Assembly (NCBI GenBank): GCA_038087875.1 | Contig: CM075990.1 | Span: 4,280,001-4,344,000, forward strand | From: Malacoraja senta | Taxonomy: Eukaryota | Direction of reading: 5' to 3' | DNA length: 64,000 nt | Shown: in pieces, positions 48,301-61,898 of the stretch | Position numbering within the stretch: position 1 is the stretch's first letter | How the letters are laid out: every line of letters starts with the position of its first letter | Notes under the pieces: model-generated | What the model was told of the DNA's origin: nothing | Databases searched by the model: none | The model's input: the letters and a program-made list of their open reading frames with translations, nothing else | Made by a program: the position numbers and the translations under genes

Positions 48301-51300
48301 TCACCCATTCCTTCTCTCCAGAGATGCTGCCTGTCCCGCTGGGTTACTCCAGCTTTTTGTGTCTGTCTTCTTTTTAGAAGAGTAGACACTTTGCTTTGAC
48401 CAGGGTAGTGGGCATTTCCAGTTAGGGTCAGTTAGGGTGGTTGACATGGTCAGAGAGATACAGCTTCACCACCGATTTTCCAGCAACTGGTGGTCCGGCC
48501 CCACTTTAATCCAGACACAATCTAGCCCACCCCCCCCCCCCCGAAAATGTGCCACCTAAACCGGGTGAGGTGGCCGGTCTAGACCTCGTTGGGACTTCCG
48601 CGGCCGATCGGCCGGTCAAATTTACCGCAGGGTTCTGGAAATCCGGCGGGGCCGGAGCCGGCAGCTCCGTTCCCATTGCCGACTTCCGGGGCTGACTTTG
48701 CGGGTCAGTATCTCGGCCCCCCGAGGCCGTGACCTCTGTTGGTCTGGCAAAACGGAGAATCCACAAAGGCTGTGGAACCAAGCACACCAAGAACTGGAGA
48801 ATCAGTGGTGGACCTGTGATCACATTTGTGCCACAGTATTTAGAAATTTTAACATGTTGTCTCCATGTTATTAAATTGACATGCAGATTCACCCTCAGCA
48901 CAGGCAGACAAGTAGGTTATGATGCTTATGGAAAGCAAGGGTACAAGTCCAAAAATGAATGTCCCCGCTTACATTTCAGAAACTGTGGTGCTCTACGCTG
49001 TAAGCATAGAATTGAGTATGATCTGATGAGATTCTTGATTAGTACGGGTGTCAGGGCAAAGACAGGAGTGTGGGGATGAGAGGGAAGGATTGATCAGCCA
49101 TGATTGAATGGCGGATTCGACTTGATGGGCCGAATGGCCTAATTCTGCTCCTATCACTGATGACCTTATCTATGACCTAGGAATAAGGAGTAAGCCATTT
49201 AGAACGGAGACGAGGAAACACTTTTTCTCACAGAGAGTGGTGAGTCTGTGGAATTCTCTGCCTCAGAAGGCGGTGGAGGCAGGTTCTCTGGATGCTTTCA
49301 ACAGAGAGCTAGATAGGGCTCTTAAAGATAGCGCAGTCAGGGGATATGGGGAGAAGGCAGGTACGGGGTACTGATTGGGGATGATCAGCCATGATCACAT
49401 TGAATGGCAGTGCTGGCTCAAAGGGCCGAATGGCCTACTCCTGCACCTATTGTCTATTGACATTGGGGCAAATTTTGTATAATTTTGCTCCCAGCAGAAA
49501 ATCTAGAAATATGAATCCAAGTTGGAGATGGAACTTGCTGCCGTAGCTCTGGGAAGTGCATGTTGTTGCTCAGAGCCTTGGCTTGTAAAGCTCCAAGCAC
49601 TAATCTCCAAGCTCCAATCTTGGACACAGTTCATGTGCAATCCCGCTGACCCGGTGCTGCCTTCACCCGCGGCAAATTGTTGGGGACGGATGCACATTTT
49701 GCTCTGGCCAAATAAAGTCAGACCTTAACGGAAAGCAATATTTCATTTCTTTGTTCTGTATTCTCTTGCTATTCCTTAAAATATTTTGAAAGTATTTGAA
49801 CAAGTGAAACCAACAGGCTTTTTGGAAGTCAGCAGTCTCTGCTCTGCAGGAGAAACTGCACTGTGTGTTATATTTGCCGAGGGAGTTGAGATTAACGTTA
49901 TTTTGTCTCCTTTTCAACGTAGTTGGCAGCAGACGAACTCTTCCTCACTTAACTACCCGGCTGAATCTGCTCACGTCAATAGAACTAGGTACTTTCCTAC
50001 TGATTTGTGTCTAAGTCATTACAAGTTGGTAACAGAGCACTAATGCAGTTACCCACAAGGGTAATATTAACCGGTTAACAGAGGCACCGAGTATTCACGT
50101 TGCATGGATACGTGCATTGCTCCTGCTTCATTCACAGCGCAGGCTCATTTCTGCATTTAAACAAGGCTAACATCAAGTCTACTCCACCCTCACATCAGTC
50201 TGAAGAAGGGTTTCGATCCGAAATGTTGCCTATTTCCTTCGCTCCATAGATGCTGCCTCACCCGCTGAGTTTCTCCAGCATTTTTGTCTACCATCAAGTC
50301 TACTCCGCCATTCAATCATGGCTGATCTATCTCTCCCTCTCAACCCCATTCTCCTGCCTTCTCCCCATAACCCCTGACACCCGTACTAATCAAGAATCTG
50401 TCAATCTCTGCCTTAAAAATATCTATTGACTTGACCTCCACAGCCTTCTGTGGCAACTAATTCCACAGATTCACCACCCACTGAGTAAAGAAATTCTTCT
50501 TCATCTCCTTTCTAAAGGTATATCCTTATATTCTGAGGATATGGCATCTGGTCCTAGACTCTCCCACTAGTGGAAACATCCTGTCCACATTCACTCTATT
50601 TCACAATTCAGTAAGTTTCAATGAAGTCCCCCTCACCCTTGTAAACTCCAGCAAGGACATGCCCAGTGCCGTCAAATGTTCATCATATGTTAACCCAATC
50701 ATCCCTGGTTTGCTAATCTCTTTCTCTCCCAACCTTGTGGGTTTTAGATTTGTAGACTCCAAATCAGACCCAACTGCACTGAAACCCAGTATATGGCCTT
50801 TCTTTGCTAACCTACAAAAGAGCAACATAGCTTGGAAGACATAACTCTCTAAAAAAGAGGTGGACACAACTTGCATGCTGATGTAACTGACAAATCCATA
50901 ACTAATATGCGGCTGTTTCTTAAATTATCAACGCAGTCCCCCTACCTGGCTCTGGGGCACAGGACCTGCTGACTGAGACTTTTTAAGTCACATCTGTGTG
51001 TCACAAGGAAAGTGGAAGGAAAGGACGCTAAGTGATGGAGTAACTTGGCGCCTCAGGCAGCATCTCTGGAGAATATGGACAGGTGGCGTTTCGAGTCGGG
51101 TCCCTTCTTCGACATGGGGAGAGTTGATGTGGAGAGGATGTTTCCACTAGTGGGAGAGTCTCGGACCAGAGGCCAAAGCCTCAGAATGTAAGGACATACC
51201 TTTAGAAAGATGAGGAATTTCTTGAGTCAGAGGGTGGTGAATCTGTGCAATTCATTGCCACAGATGGCTGTGAAGGCCAAGTCAATGGATATTTTTTAAG

Positions 51301-54051
51301 GCAGAGATTGACAGATTCCTGATTAATTTGGGTGTCAGGGGTTATGGGGAGAAGGCAGGAGAATGGGGTTGGGAGGGAAAGATAGATCAGCCATGATTGA
51401 ATGGCGGAGTAGACTTGATGGACTAATTCTGCTCCTATAACCTATGAACTTATGACATGAAGAAGGGTCCCGACCCAAAATGTAATCTATCCATGTTCTC
51501 CGGAGATGCTCCAGAAACGCTGAGTTCCTCTCGCACTTTGTTTTCTTTTGTGCAAAGCAACATCTGCAGCAACATCTGCAGCAACATCTGCAGCAACATC
51601 TGCAGCAACATCTGCAGCAACATCTGCAGCAACATCTGCAGCAACCTGTCTCTACGAGGTGCAAGGAACGGTGAGCACGCGATATTCACGGGGAACGGTC
51701 CGTTTTGTTTCTGGTTTCCTTTTCTCTGTGCAGGAGCTTGGTAAAGCCACTCCTGCATTGGAAAGTGAAGGTACATAAGTACAAAGTGCTCTCTTAATGC
51801 CCGAGGATTGATAAGGGCAGAGCTGTGGACGTTACTGATATGGACTTGAAACAAAGCGTTTGACAAGATTGTGGTCATCTGGAAGGTAAGGGAACTATGG
51901 GGAGTGCTAGCTAATTGGATACCTAGTTGGCTTGATGGTAAGAAGCAGAAGTTGATGGCGGCAGGTTCGTTATCGGACGAGAGGCCCTGATCAGTGTTGT
52001 GTCTCTGGGAACGATGTTGGGCTCATTGTTGTTTGTCATTTATATAAACGATTTGGATGCATCAAATAGTGAAAGGCCTGGATAGAGTGGATGTGGAGAG
52101 GATGTCTCCATTATTGGGAGAGTCTAGGACCAGAGGCCACATCCTCAGAATAACAGGACGTACCTTTAGAAATTGAGATGAGGAGGAATTTCTTTAGTCA
52201 GAGGGTGGTGAATCTGTGGAATTCTTTGCCACAGAAGGCTGTGGAGGCAAAGTCATTGGATATATTTAAGGCAGAGATTGATAGATTCTTGATTAGTACG
52301 GGTGTCAGGGGTTATGGTGAGAAAGAAGGAGAATGGGGTTAGGAGGGAGAGATAGATCAGCCATGATTGACTGGCAGAGTAGACTTGATAGTTGGAATGG
52401 TCTAATTCTGCTCCTATCACTTGTGACCTGATGAACTTTGTTATAGACTACTTTGAAGAAGTTCTCCCACGGGAGTTCTGCAACACCCTCTCTCGTTGTT
52501 CCCCCTCTGTGATTCCTCCTGCTCCAGCTCCACCACCACGTTTTATCATTGTCTGCTTTGATCAGTCGTTTTCACACCTTACATTCTCTTTGTAAACCCT
52601 TCCATACCTCTAGTTTCCTGCTCCCCTGACTCTCAGTCTGAAGAAGGGACTCGACCTGAAACGTCATCCATTCCCTCTCTCCAGAGATGCTGCCTGTCCC
52701 AGCATTTTGAGTCTATCTTTGTTATAGATGTCTCTTGCTGAAAGGTCCTCGTGGGCATGAGGCGGGGAGAGTGTGAGTGGAACTAGAGTTGCCAACTTTC
52801 TCTCTCCCAAATAAGGGACAAAAGGTCAAAATACGGGACAAATACCCGACGGGAATTTGATTACCGACTCGGCGGTGGCTGGATGAATGATGAGTTGGCC
52901 CGGGTGCTGGACTGCACACAAAGCCCAGCCGGCGGGCCAGCTGAGGGGTTTTGGCCCGCGTGATGTCACGCGCAAAGTTCGGCGCCCCATCCAACTCATG
53001 AACCGATGATCGGCCATGAGAAGGAGGGGTGGTGGTGTCGGCGGTAAGCGAAGGTGCGAAGGTCGGACAGCTGGCCGGGCTGCCGACCGACGGGGCCACG
53101 GGCGAGGTGCTGCTGCTGCACTCCATGGGCTGCACAACGTCGGGACGGGTGAGGCGGGGCCGGACGCGGCGCTCCGACCCGACAGTCCCCTCGACCCGAG
53201 TAGTAGCAGTCAAATACGGGACAAGGGCGGTCTCGTTTGGGACAAACCAATTTAACCCCAAAAAAGGGATGTCCCGGCTAATACAGGACTGTTGGCAACC
53301 CTAAGTGGAACGCAGGATGTTTAATGCCAGTTCCGCATCACCATTACACTGGCTATTGCCCTTGTTGCCTGACCCGCCACTCCCACCAAAGGTACACTGG
53401 ACGACAGCCAGTGGCAAAAACTTGGGGGGATAAAAAAAGAGAGGAAAATGTTTTTAGTTTAGTTTATTTATTGTCACATGTACAGTGAAAAGCTTTTGTT
53501 GCGTGCTAAAGGGTCTTGACCCGAAACGTCGCCCATTCCTTCTCTCCAGAGATGCTGCCTGTCCAGAGTCCTGAGTTACTCCAGCATTTTGTGTCTGTCA
53601 GCGGAAAGACCGTACATGATTACCAGCGAGCCATCCACAGTGTGCAGAGAGATTTGAAAGAGTGGAGCGATTGTAGTGGGTGATTACCGATGACCAACAC
53701 CCAAAGAGTCCCTTGGCTTGGGCACCATCTTGGATCGAGCAAAGCCAAACCAAGCTCCTCACACTGGGCTGGGGCCACCGGAGCCTGATTGTGATTAACC
53801 GTTTAAACCTTGCTGCTGCCATAATCATAGACAACTAATGCTTCTGTACTTTACCATCGAGCGTGGGTGAGAGTTGGCGGTTCATTGCACTTCCAGGATC
53901 CGGCTCTCTGGCTCCCCCACCTGATCGGAGGTCTGCGCCATTGACGATGAGGAGGACTCTGCAGTTCGCTACCTGTTGACCAACCTGCCTCCACTGCCCG
54001 CATATTCCCCCACTCACTCTCCACCCTGTCTTTTTTCTCTTTCCCTCGCAG

Positions 54052-54176
54052 TGACGGCTTCAGAAGCGGCGGCATGGCGAGCAGCCCCCCGGCCCCACCA
54101 CCCCCAGCACCTGCCTCCAAACCCAACCTGGTCAGCACGGCCAGCATCAGACCTGCTCCCTATCAGCAGCCTAAAG
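54052..54176 (+). CDS. LDB3: Duplicate copy of LDB3 exon 41199-41323 (within probable false duplication)
   Basis: Same sequence at offset +12853. Confidence 0.6.
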
Positions 54177-54689
54177 GTAACAACCGGAGCAGCCACTCCC
54201 ACTGCAGGAGCAGGTTCCCAGAGAGGAGCATGTGATGGGAGGCTCCCAGAGGGAAGGAAGAAATCGGGGGGTTCCCAGATAGGAGGAAGTGATGGGAGTG
54301 ATTCATTGCCACAGACGGTTGCGGAGGCCAAGTCAATGGATATATTTAAGGCAGAGATAGATAGATTCTTGATTAGTGCGGGTGTCAAGGGTTACGGGGA
54401 GAAGGCAGGAGAATGGGGTAAGGAGAAAGAGATAGATCAGCCATGATTGAATGACAGCGTAGACTTGATGGGCCGAATGGCCTAATTCTGCTCATAATTT
54501 ATGAACATTTCCGCATTTAGTGGGAGATTGTTCAGTTTCATTTCGCTGGCAGACGTCTGTGAACTCCAGCCTCCGGCTAGACTTTTTATATCGATGGGAG
54601 GGAGTTTAAAAAACTTGCAAGAGTTTGGCGGTGGGAGTTTGTGGAGTTTGCACTTTGCAATCTGATTGCGTGTGTGTTGTATTGCTCAG

Positions 54690-55056
54690 CCCCCCCTGCT
54701 CAGGTGCACAGCAGCACGGCTGCATTCAACGTGGCCAAGCCGGCTGCATCGCTGGAAGCCGTGCAGCCCCCGGCAACGGGCAGCCGCCCGCCGTGGGTGA
54801 CAGACGACACTTTTGCCCAGAAGTTTCAGGCGGGGAAAAGCACCACCACGCTGACCAAACACATCCAGCCGCTGCCTCACTCTGCTCCGCCCAAGCCGCC
54901 GGTGTTGGCGCCGCCCCAGCCTCCTGCCCGTGAACCCACTCACGGCCCGCTGCCCGGCCAGACCGCCGGGGGCATCCGCAACCTGGTGCAGAGAGCAGAG
55001 CGCTTCCCCGCCAGCAGCCGCACCCCACTGTGCGGGCAGTGCAACAGCATCATCAG
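54690..55056 (+). CDS. LDB3: Duplicate copy of LDB3 exon 41837-42203 (one Ala/Thr difference)
   Basis: Offset +12853; EPTHG versus EPAHG. Confidence 0.6.
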
Positions 55057-57505
55057 GTACGCTCTCGGTTCCACCCAAAGATCCTATAGCGAGCAAGATA
55101 GATCACTCGACGAAAAAGACGTACTACGGTCATGGGCAGATTCATGGGTAATTTAAGGCCCCATTTCCGTAACCGGCTTCCGTCTCCGCACCAAAGATCC
55201 CATAGGATAATAGTGTGGAGACGGGAGACGGAAGCCGGTTACGGAAACATCCTCGTAAAAATAAAAGTTATTTGGTAAAAATCTTCTCATTTTCAGAATT
55301 TTAATTTATTAACACAAACTGTTCCCCCACAACGTTGATTACACTGCGAGTCGGGTCGGGTCGGGTTGGATCCGGTTACTGAAATGGATGAAAAAAAGGC
55401 CCACGTTCCGCTCCGTTGCGTACTACACGTCAGCCCATTGCATTTAGCAGGAGTGGTCTATCTTGCTCCGCTATTGGATCTTTGGTTCCACCAGGACCGG
55501 CCATGGGCGTGGGCGCTGATTGACTTGTAGTGCCACCAGGTGGAACTATGAGGAAGTGCGGCGCTACGGTAGAGTTGCTGCCTTATTGCGCCACAGACCC
55601 GGAATCAAATCCTGTTCTTTTGCTGCAGACAAAAACTTGTCGCTAATCCAAGTTGGTTTTGTTGGTGGACAGCACGGTGGCGCAGCGGTATTCTTGCTGC
55701 CTTCCTGCGCCACAGACCCGGGCTCGATGCTGACTCTGTTTTCCTGCAGTCACTGTTTATCCAAGCTGCTTTAATTTGTGGGCAGCACAGTGGTGCAGCT
55801 GGTAGAGTTGCTGCCTCACAGCACCTGAGATCCACGCTCCATCCAATCCTCAGGTACTGTCTGTGTGGAGTTTGCACGTTCTCCATGTGACCGTGTGGGT
55901 TTCCTCTGGGTGTTCCGGTTACCCCCCACACTCCAAAGACATGCTGGTTTGTAGGTTAATTTTCTTCGGTAAATTTGTAAATTGTTCTTAGCATGCAGGA
56001 TAGTGTTAGTGTATGGGGATCACTGATCGGCGTGGACTAGGTGGGCCGATGAGCCTGTTTCCGTGTTGAACGGGAGCGGAACCAGAGCACCCGGAGAAAA
56101 CCCATGCGGTCACGAAGAGAATGTACAAACTCCATACAGACAGCATCCGTAGTCCGGATCGAACCTGGGTCTCTGGTGCTGTAAGGCAGCAACTCTTCCG
56201 CTGCACCACACTGAGTTGGGAAGTTGTGTTGTGAATCTGACCTCTCCTGCCCTCTACAGTTTCTATATGATTCAGGATCCAAGGAGAGTTTAAAATTCAA
56301 ATCTCAAAAGCCAAGTGGAAATGTTGGCACCAATCCTATAGCAGAGGAAAATAGTATTCTGGAATGATGACCAAACTAATTGTTGGAACAAATTTAAAGA
56401 GTTCAGCCTCTTCGTCTTGCGTATGGCGTGCACTGCCTAAGGTTGTAGAACAACTTGTTCTATTTGATCTTATTTGATTGTGCACGCCGGGTTGATTGCA
56501 TTTGTTGAAACAGGGCGGACCACGTGAAGGTTGCATCTCCCACCCCAAGAGTTAGGCAATTTCTTGTTGGGAAAGCTGTTGCAGGATTTAGTTGTAGAAC
56601 ACAGAGTGAAATGATAGTTGGTTTGGACGGATGTGGTAGTTTAGTTCAGAGATACAGCATGGAAACAGGCCCTATGGCCTACCTTGTCAGCACCGATCAG
56701 CGATCCCCATACACTAGCACTATCCTACACACTTGGGACAATTTACAACCAAAGCCAATTAACCTACAAACCTGTACATCTTTGAAGTGTGGAAGGAAAC
56801 TAGAGCACCCGGGGAGAACCCACGCGGTCACAGGGAGAAATTACAAACTCCATACAGACAGCACCCGTAGTCAGGGTCGAACCCGGCTCTCTGGCACTGT
56901 AAGGTAGCAACTACCGCTGCACCACCGTGCCTCTCACTAGTTGAAGAGCAGTGTTGCCGACTTCCGGAGGTGCCGCCGTGGCAGATGCCTTCAGGAGGTG
57001 CCGCTGAGAAGCTGAGGCCGGAGCCTCATGGCCCGGGCCTCGCGGGTCAGAGCCTGGGCATCGCGGGTCGGAGGTGGAGCCTCGCGGGTCGACAAAGCCT
57101 GTGGCCAACGGCCCCTGGGTCTGTGGAGCCCGTGACGGCCTGGGTCGGCGCCACGGAGGCGTCCGGACTGGACCCGGCGGCGATACTGGAGAGATCGGTG
57201 CGGCGGGCGATGATGGCATATGAGGACGGACCACGTGGAAGTGAGGACGCCGCTGGCGGGGGATGGAACAAAGGAGGACCCGGGGGGGGGGGGGTGAGAA
57301 CAAAGGGGGAACTGGCGCGGGAGGGGGGATGGGTGTGGAAGAATATGTAACTATGTAAGCGCCCATTATAGGCGACTATTTGCATACCTTGGGTACGCAA
57401 GCAAAACATTTCACTGTGACTTGTCACATGTGGCAATAAAGTATTCAATTCTCTTCCACAAGTACCACATGTCACTTTACAAGACGTCTCTCCTTCTGTT
57501 TCCAG

Positions 57506-57686
57506 AGGTCCTTTCCTTGTGGCTTTGGGCCGCTCCTGGCACCCGGAGGAGTTTAACTGCACTTACTGCAAGGTCTCCCTGGTTGACACTGGCTTTGTGG
57601 AGGAGCAGAACAATATTTACTGTGAGAAATGCTACGAGCAGTTCTTCGCTCCAAATTGTGCCAAATGCAATGCAAAGATCATGGGG
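57506..57686 (+). CDS. LDB3: Duplicate copy of the LDB3 LIM1 exon 44653-44833
   Basis: Offset +12853; same translation. Confidence 0.6.
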
Positions 57687-58144
57687 GTAAGTGAAGGCCT
57701 GTAGCCAACAGTACTGCCAGCAGACAGGTAGGTGGCAGCACTGATCTAGCAGAGGAACTAACCATCCACTCATCCATAGGATGCCGTTCTGAAATACACT
57801 GTGATTCGCTTGCAGTAGAAGCTAGATAGTTTATATCACATGCATTTTTAGAAGTAAAAGAGAATAATTTATGTACTCTTCATGTAGGGACTCAAGATAA
57901 TACTTACAAGAATGATCCCAGAAATAATTGGGTTAACATATGATGAGCTTTTGACGGCACTGGGCCTGGTTTAGTTTAAACTCGCTCTAGTTTAGAAGGA
58001 TGAGGGGGACCCTCATTGAAACTTACCGAATAATGAAAGGCCTGGATAGAGTGGATGTGGGAAGAATGTTTCCACTAGTGAGAAAGTCTCGGACTAAAGG
58101 GCACAGCCTCAGAATAAAAGGACGTACCTGTAGAAAGGGGGTAA

Positions 58145-58640
58145 GTGCAGCGTAGGTTTACAAGATTAATTCCCGGGATGGCGGGACTGTCATATGCTGA
58201 GAGAATGGAGCGGCTGGGCTTGTACACTCTGGAGTTTAGAAGGATGAGAGGGGTTCTTATTGAAACATATAAGATTGTTAAGGGTTTGGACACGCTAGAG
58301 GCAGGAAATATGTTCCCGATGTTGGGGGAGTCCAAAACCAGGGGCCACAGTTTAAGAATAAGGGGTAAGCCATTTAGAACGGAGACGAGGAAACACTTTT
58401 TCTCACAGAGAGTTGTGAGTCTGTGGAATTCTCTGCCTCAGATGGCGGTGGAGACGGGTTCTCTGGATACTTTCAAGAGAGAGCTAGATAGGGCTCTTAA
58501 AGATGGTGGAGTCAGGGGATATGGGGAGAAGGCAGGAACGGGGTACTGATTGGGGATGATCAGCCATGATCACATTGAATGGCGGTGCTGGCTCGAAGGG
58601 CCGAATGGCTTACTCCTGCACCTATTATCTATTGTCTATT
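58145..58640 (+). mobile_element. CR1 LINE 3' fragment nested in another CR1 copy (about 57905-58740)
   Basis: QRRFTRLIPGMAGLSYAERMERLGLYTLEFRRMRG...KAGTGY. Confidence 0.88.
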
Positions 58641-59838
58641 GTCTAAAGGAGATGAGGAGGAATTTCTTTAGTCAGAGGGTGGTGAATCTGTGGAATTCAT
58701 TGTCACAGAAGGCTGTGGAGGCCATGTTAATGGATATTTGACTCTGATGCTCAATGAATGAAGTCCCAAAACCGTCAGCAGATCTGTTGAATGCTCATCG
58801 TTCTTTATGTACACTTTGAATATGTGGCTGGAAAATCCTGGAGAAACGTACCCATTCATTACATCTTTATATAATCCCACTGTTTGAGAGCCGGCAGGTA
58901 CTGGCTCGCCGACTACCAGGTTGTCCTCACCTATAAACGGGGCAGCGAGTACAGCAGGTTCTAAACATCCCAGGAGGCACAGAAGGCAACACACCCCCAG
59001 TCCTTTACTCCAGCTATATGTCCATTAGGGTATTGACCAGAATTGGGAAACTGAATTCATCCCTCTCCCCATCTTCATCATGCTTTGCCTTCTGCTGATC
59101 CAATGGTCTGACCACACCACAATCCTTCATCTGGTTTAAATAGTTCAGTAATAGTGATCCAAACAATGCAACATCTTCTCACTTTCTGTCAACTCCAATT
59201 AGTTCTTGATGCAGATAGACGCAGAGTGCTGGAGTATCTCAGAGGCAGCATCTCTGGAGAAAATGGACGGGTGACGTTTCGGGTTGGAACCTGCCTCCAG
59301 TCTGAAGAAGGGTCTCGACCTGAAACGTCACCTATTGCTTTTCGCCAGAGATGCTGCCTGACCCGCTGAGTTACTCCAGCACTTTGTGTCTATCTTCGGG
59401 ATAAACCAACACCTGCAGTTCCCTGCTATACACGTTCTTGGTGTCAAAGTCAGTTTTCACACCAACCTTTGGTTCCATTTTACTCTGATCTATAACCTTG
59501 CATCCCTATAAATCAGCCAGGCATTATAATTACTCGATGAGGGAATGCTTGCGTTTGTGTAAAGTCAGTGCTGTTTTTGTGAGCTGGTACACACACACAT
59601 ACAACTGTCGCCCTGCGCTGTTGGCTGTTGTACATCAATCTAGCTTTTATATTTTTTTAGTGGTGCCACTAGTTTTTAACTTCTTAGAGGTGTCAGTGTG
59701 CCGCAGTGGTGCGTAGCGTCACAATAAAAGCACTGGGTGAAATATGAACTGAGCAAATAGACTTGTGATATTTACGACGCCATATTCACTGGAGGAGCAG
59801 CATCTGCAGTTTAATAATGCGTCCGTTCTCCGTTGCAG

Positions 59839-59959
59839 GAAGTGATGCATGCCCTGCGACAGACCTGGCACACCACCTGCTTTGTCTGTGCCGCCTGTGG
59901 GAAATCCTTTGGGAACAGCCTTTTCCACATGGAAGATGGAGAACCCTACTGTGAAAAAG
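59839..59959 (+). CDS. LDB3: LDB3 LIM2 exon, 121 bp, phase 0/1
   Basis: ttctccgttgcag|GAAGTG...GAAAAAG|gtatcc; translates [40 protein letters not shown]. Confidence 0.96.
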
Positions 59960-61492
59960 GTATCCAGCACTCCTGGCTCCACGGATAACATAACAGTCTA
60001 GTTTGGAGGTACAGCGCGGAAACAGGCCCCACGGCCCACTGGATTCGTGCCGACCAGCGATCCCCGCACACTAACCCTATCCTACACACACACACAAGGG
60101 ACAGTTTCCGTTTATACCCAGCCAAATAACCTACAAACATGTACGTCTTTGGAATGTGGGAGGAAGCTGAAGATCTCGGAGAAAATCCACGCAATCACGG
60201 GGAGGACGTACAAACTCCATACATATTAAACCCTTCATTTCCGTTCACCTGGACAGCTTGATTGTAATCATGGACTGTCTTTCCGCTGACTGGTTAGCAC
60301 GCAACAAAAGCTTTTCACTGTACCTCGGTACACGTGACAATAAACTCAACTCAAACTCACTGCAACTCCCCCTTTTTGTCATCGGCAACTCCTGCAGGGG
60401 TTTGGTGCCAAGCCTCCTCCGCAGTTTCATCTGGAAGGTAGTGGAAATACATCATCCACAAGCTGAGAGTGACTGGAAATAGAGGACACAAAGTGCTGGA
60501 GTTACTCAGCGGGTCAGGCGGCAGCTCTAGCGAACATGGATAGGTGACGTTTCGTGTTGGGGCCCTGCTAGAGATGGGATAAACTTCTGTTTAATGAGTT
60601 CTGGAATAACTCAGCAGTTCAGGCAGCATCTCTGGAGAACATAGATAGGTGACGTTTCGGGTTGGGGCCCTGCTAGAGATGGGATACAGCCTGGAGTAGG
60701 TTCTGGAGTAACTCAGCAGTTCAGGCAGCATCTGCAGCAGACAAGGAGTGCCTGACTCGTCCAGTTACTCCAGCACTGTGTCTTTTTTTGTAAACCGGCA
60801 TCTGCAGTTCTTTCAGTCTACTTTGTCGTAGGTTCTGCTTTCCCTCATAACTGCTCTTTAAAAGAGCAAGTGGTCACACACTTTAAAGAAAGGACTGTTG
60901 CAAGTTTATTTAAGCACCATTCTTACATGATAGTCCAGGGATGTGTTTGTTGTCATCATGGTGAAGGACTAATAGCTGAAAACAGAGCCAGCCCTGACTC
61001 AACCTCAGTTGCCTAGGGATAATGAGCAATTGTGGGTGCAGTTTCTTTGGACATGACTTATTAGGTGAGACACCTACCAGTGAGTCATGAAGATTGAGTG
61101 AGCAATGAAAGAAATGTGCTCATTTACTGATAGTTTCTATGAATGCTACCACCAGTAGTCACTGACATGTTTCCAAAGAACACGTTTTAGCAGACTACAG
61201 AGGGAACTAGAATTCATCAAGTTGTTCCCCCAACCTCATGAAACCTTGAAGCTGTAGTTATGAGAAATTGTGTAGGAAGGAACTGCAGCTTTAAACCGAA
61301 GATAGACACAATAAGCTGGAGTAACTCTGCGGGACAGGCAGCATCTCTGGAGAGAAGGAATGGGTGACGTTTCCCCCTCTTTCTATCCCAAGTTTTCACT
61401 CAACAAGCAGCTGGCAACGGCCTGTTCCCTCTATCATTGATACTTTTTTTGCATATTCATTGTTCTTTATCTCTCTACATCACCGTCTATAT

Positions 61493-61898
61493 CAAAGATC
61501 CTATAGCGAAGCAAGATAGATCACTCGACGAAAAAGACGTAGTATGGTCATGAGCAGATTCATGGGTAATTTTCGGCCCCATTTCCGTAACCGGCTTCCG
61601 TCTCCGCACCAAAGATCCCATAGCGGAGCAAAGATAACTAGTGCGGAGACGGAAGCCGGTTACGGAAACATCCTCGTAAAAATAATAGTTCTTTGGTAAA
61701 AATCTTCTCCTCATTTTCAGAATTATAATTTATTAACACAAACTGTTCCCCCGCAACGTTGATTACACTGCGAGTCGGGTCGGGTCGGGTTACTGAAATG
61801 GATGAAAAAAAGGCCCACGTTCCGCTCTGTTGCGTACTACACGTCAGCCCATTGCATTTAGTAGGAGTGGTCTATCTTGCTCCGCTATAGGATCTTTG
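61493..61898. mobile_element. hAT-type MITE, same family
   Basis: Perfect 8-bp TSD GTCTATAT. Confidence 0.88.

Larger units (their letters stand above)
32480..58010. repeat. Direct duplication: 32480-45157 is repeated at 45358-58010
   Basis: Near-identical sequence and duplicated ORF track at an offset of about 12,850-12,880. Confidence 0.97.
1285..59959 (+). other. LDB3: LDB3 (ZASP/Cypher) gene, partial; 5' PDZ exons and the last LIM3 exons lie outside the window
   Basis: Spliced exons encode the ZM motif (HAQYNTPISMYSQDAIMDAIAGQA), [41 protein letters not shown]1 and LIM2, matching LDB3 as I recall it. The exons have GT-AG boundaries and compatible phases. Confidence 0.96.

Noticed and set aside
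45358..58010. LDB3 with an extra LIM domain produced by exon duplication
   Set aside because: The exon phases are incompatible (immediate TGA), and the duplication is centred on an assembly gap.
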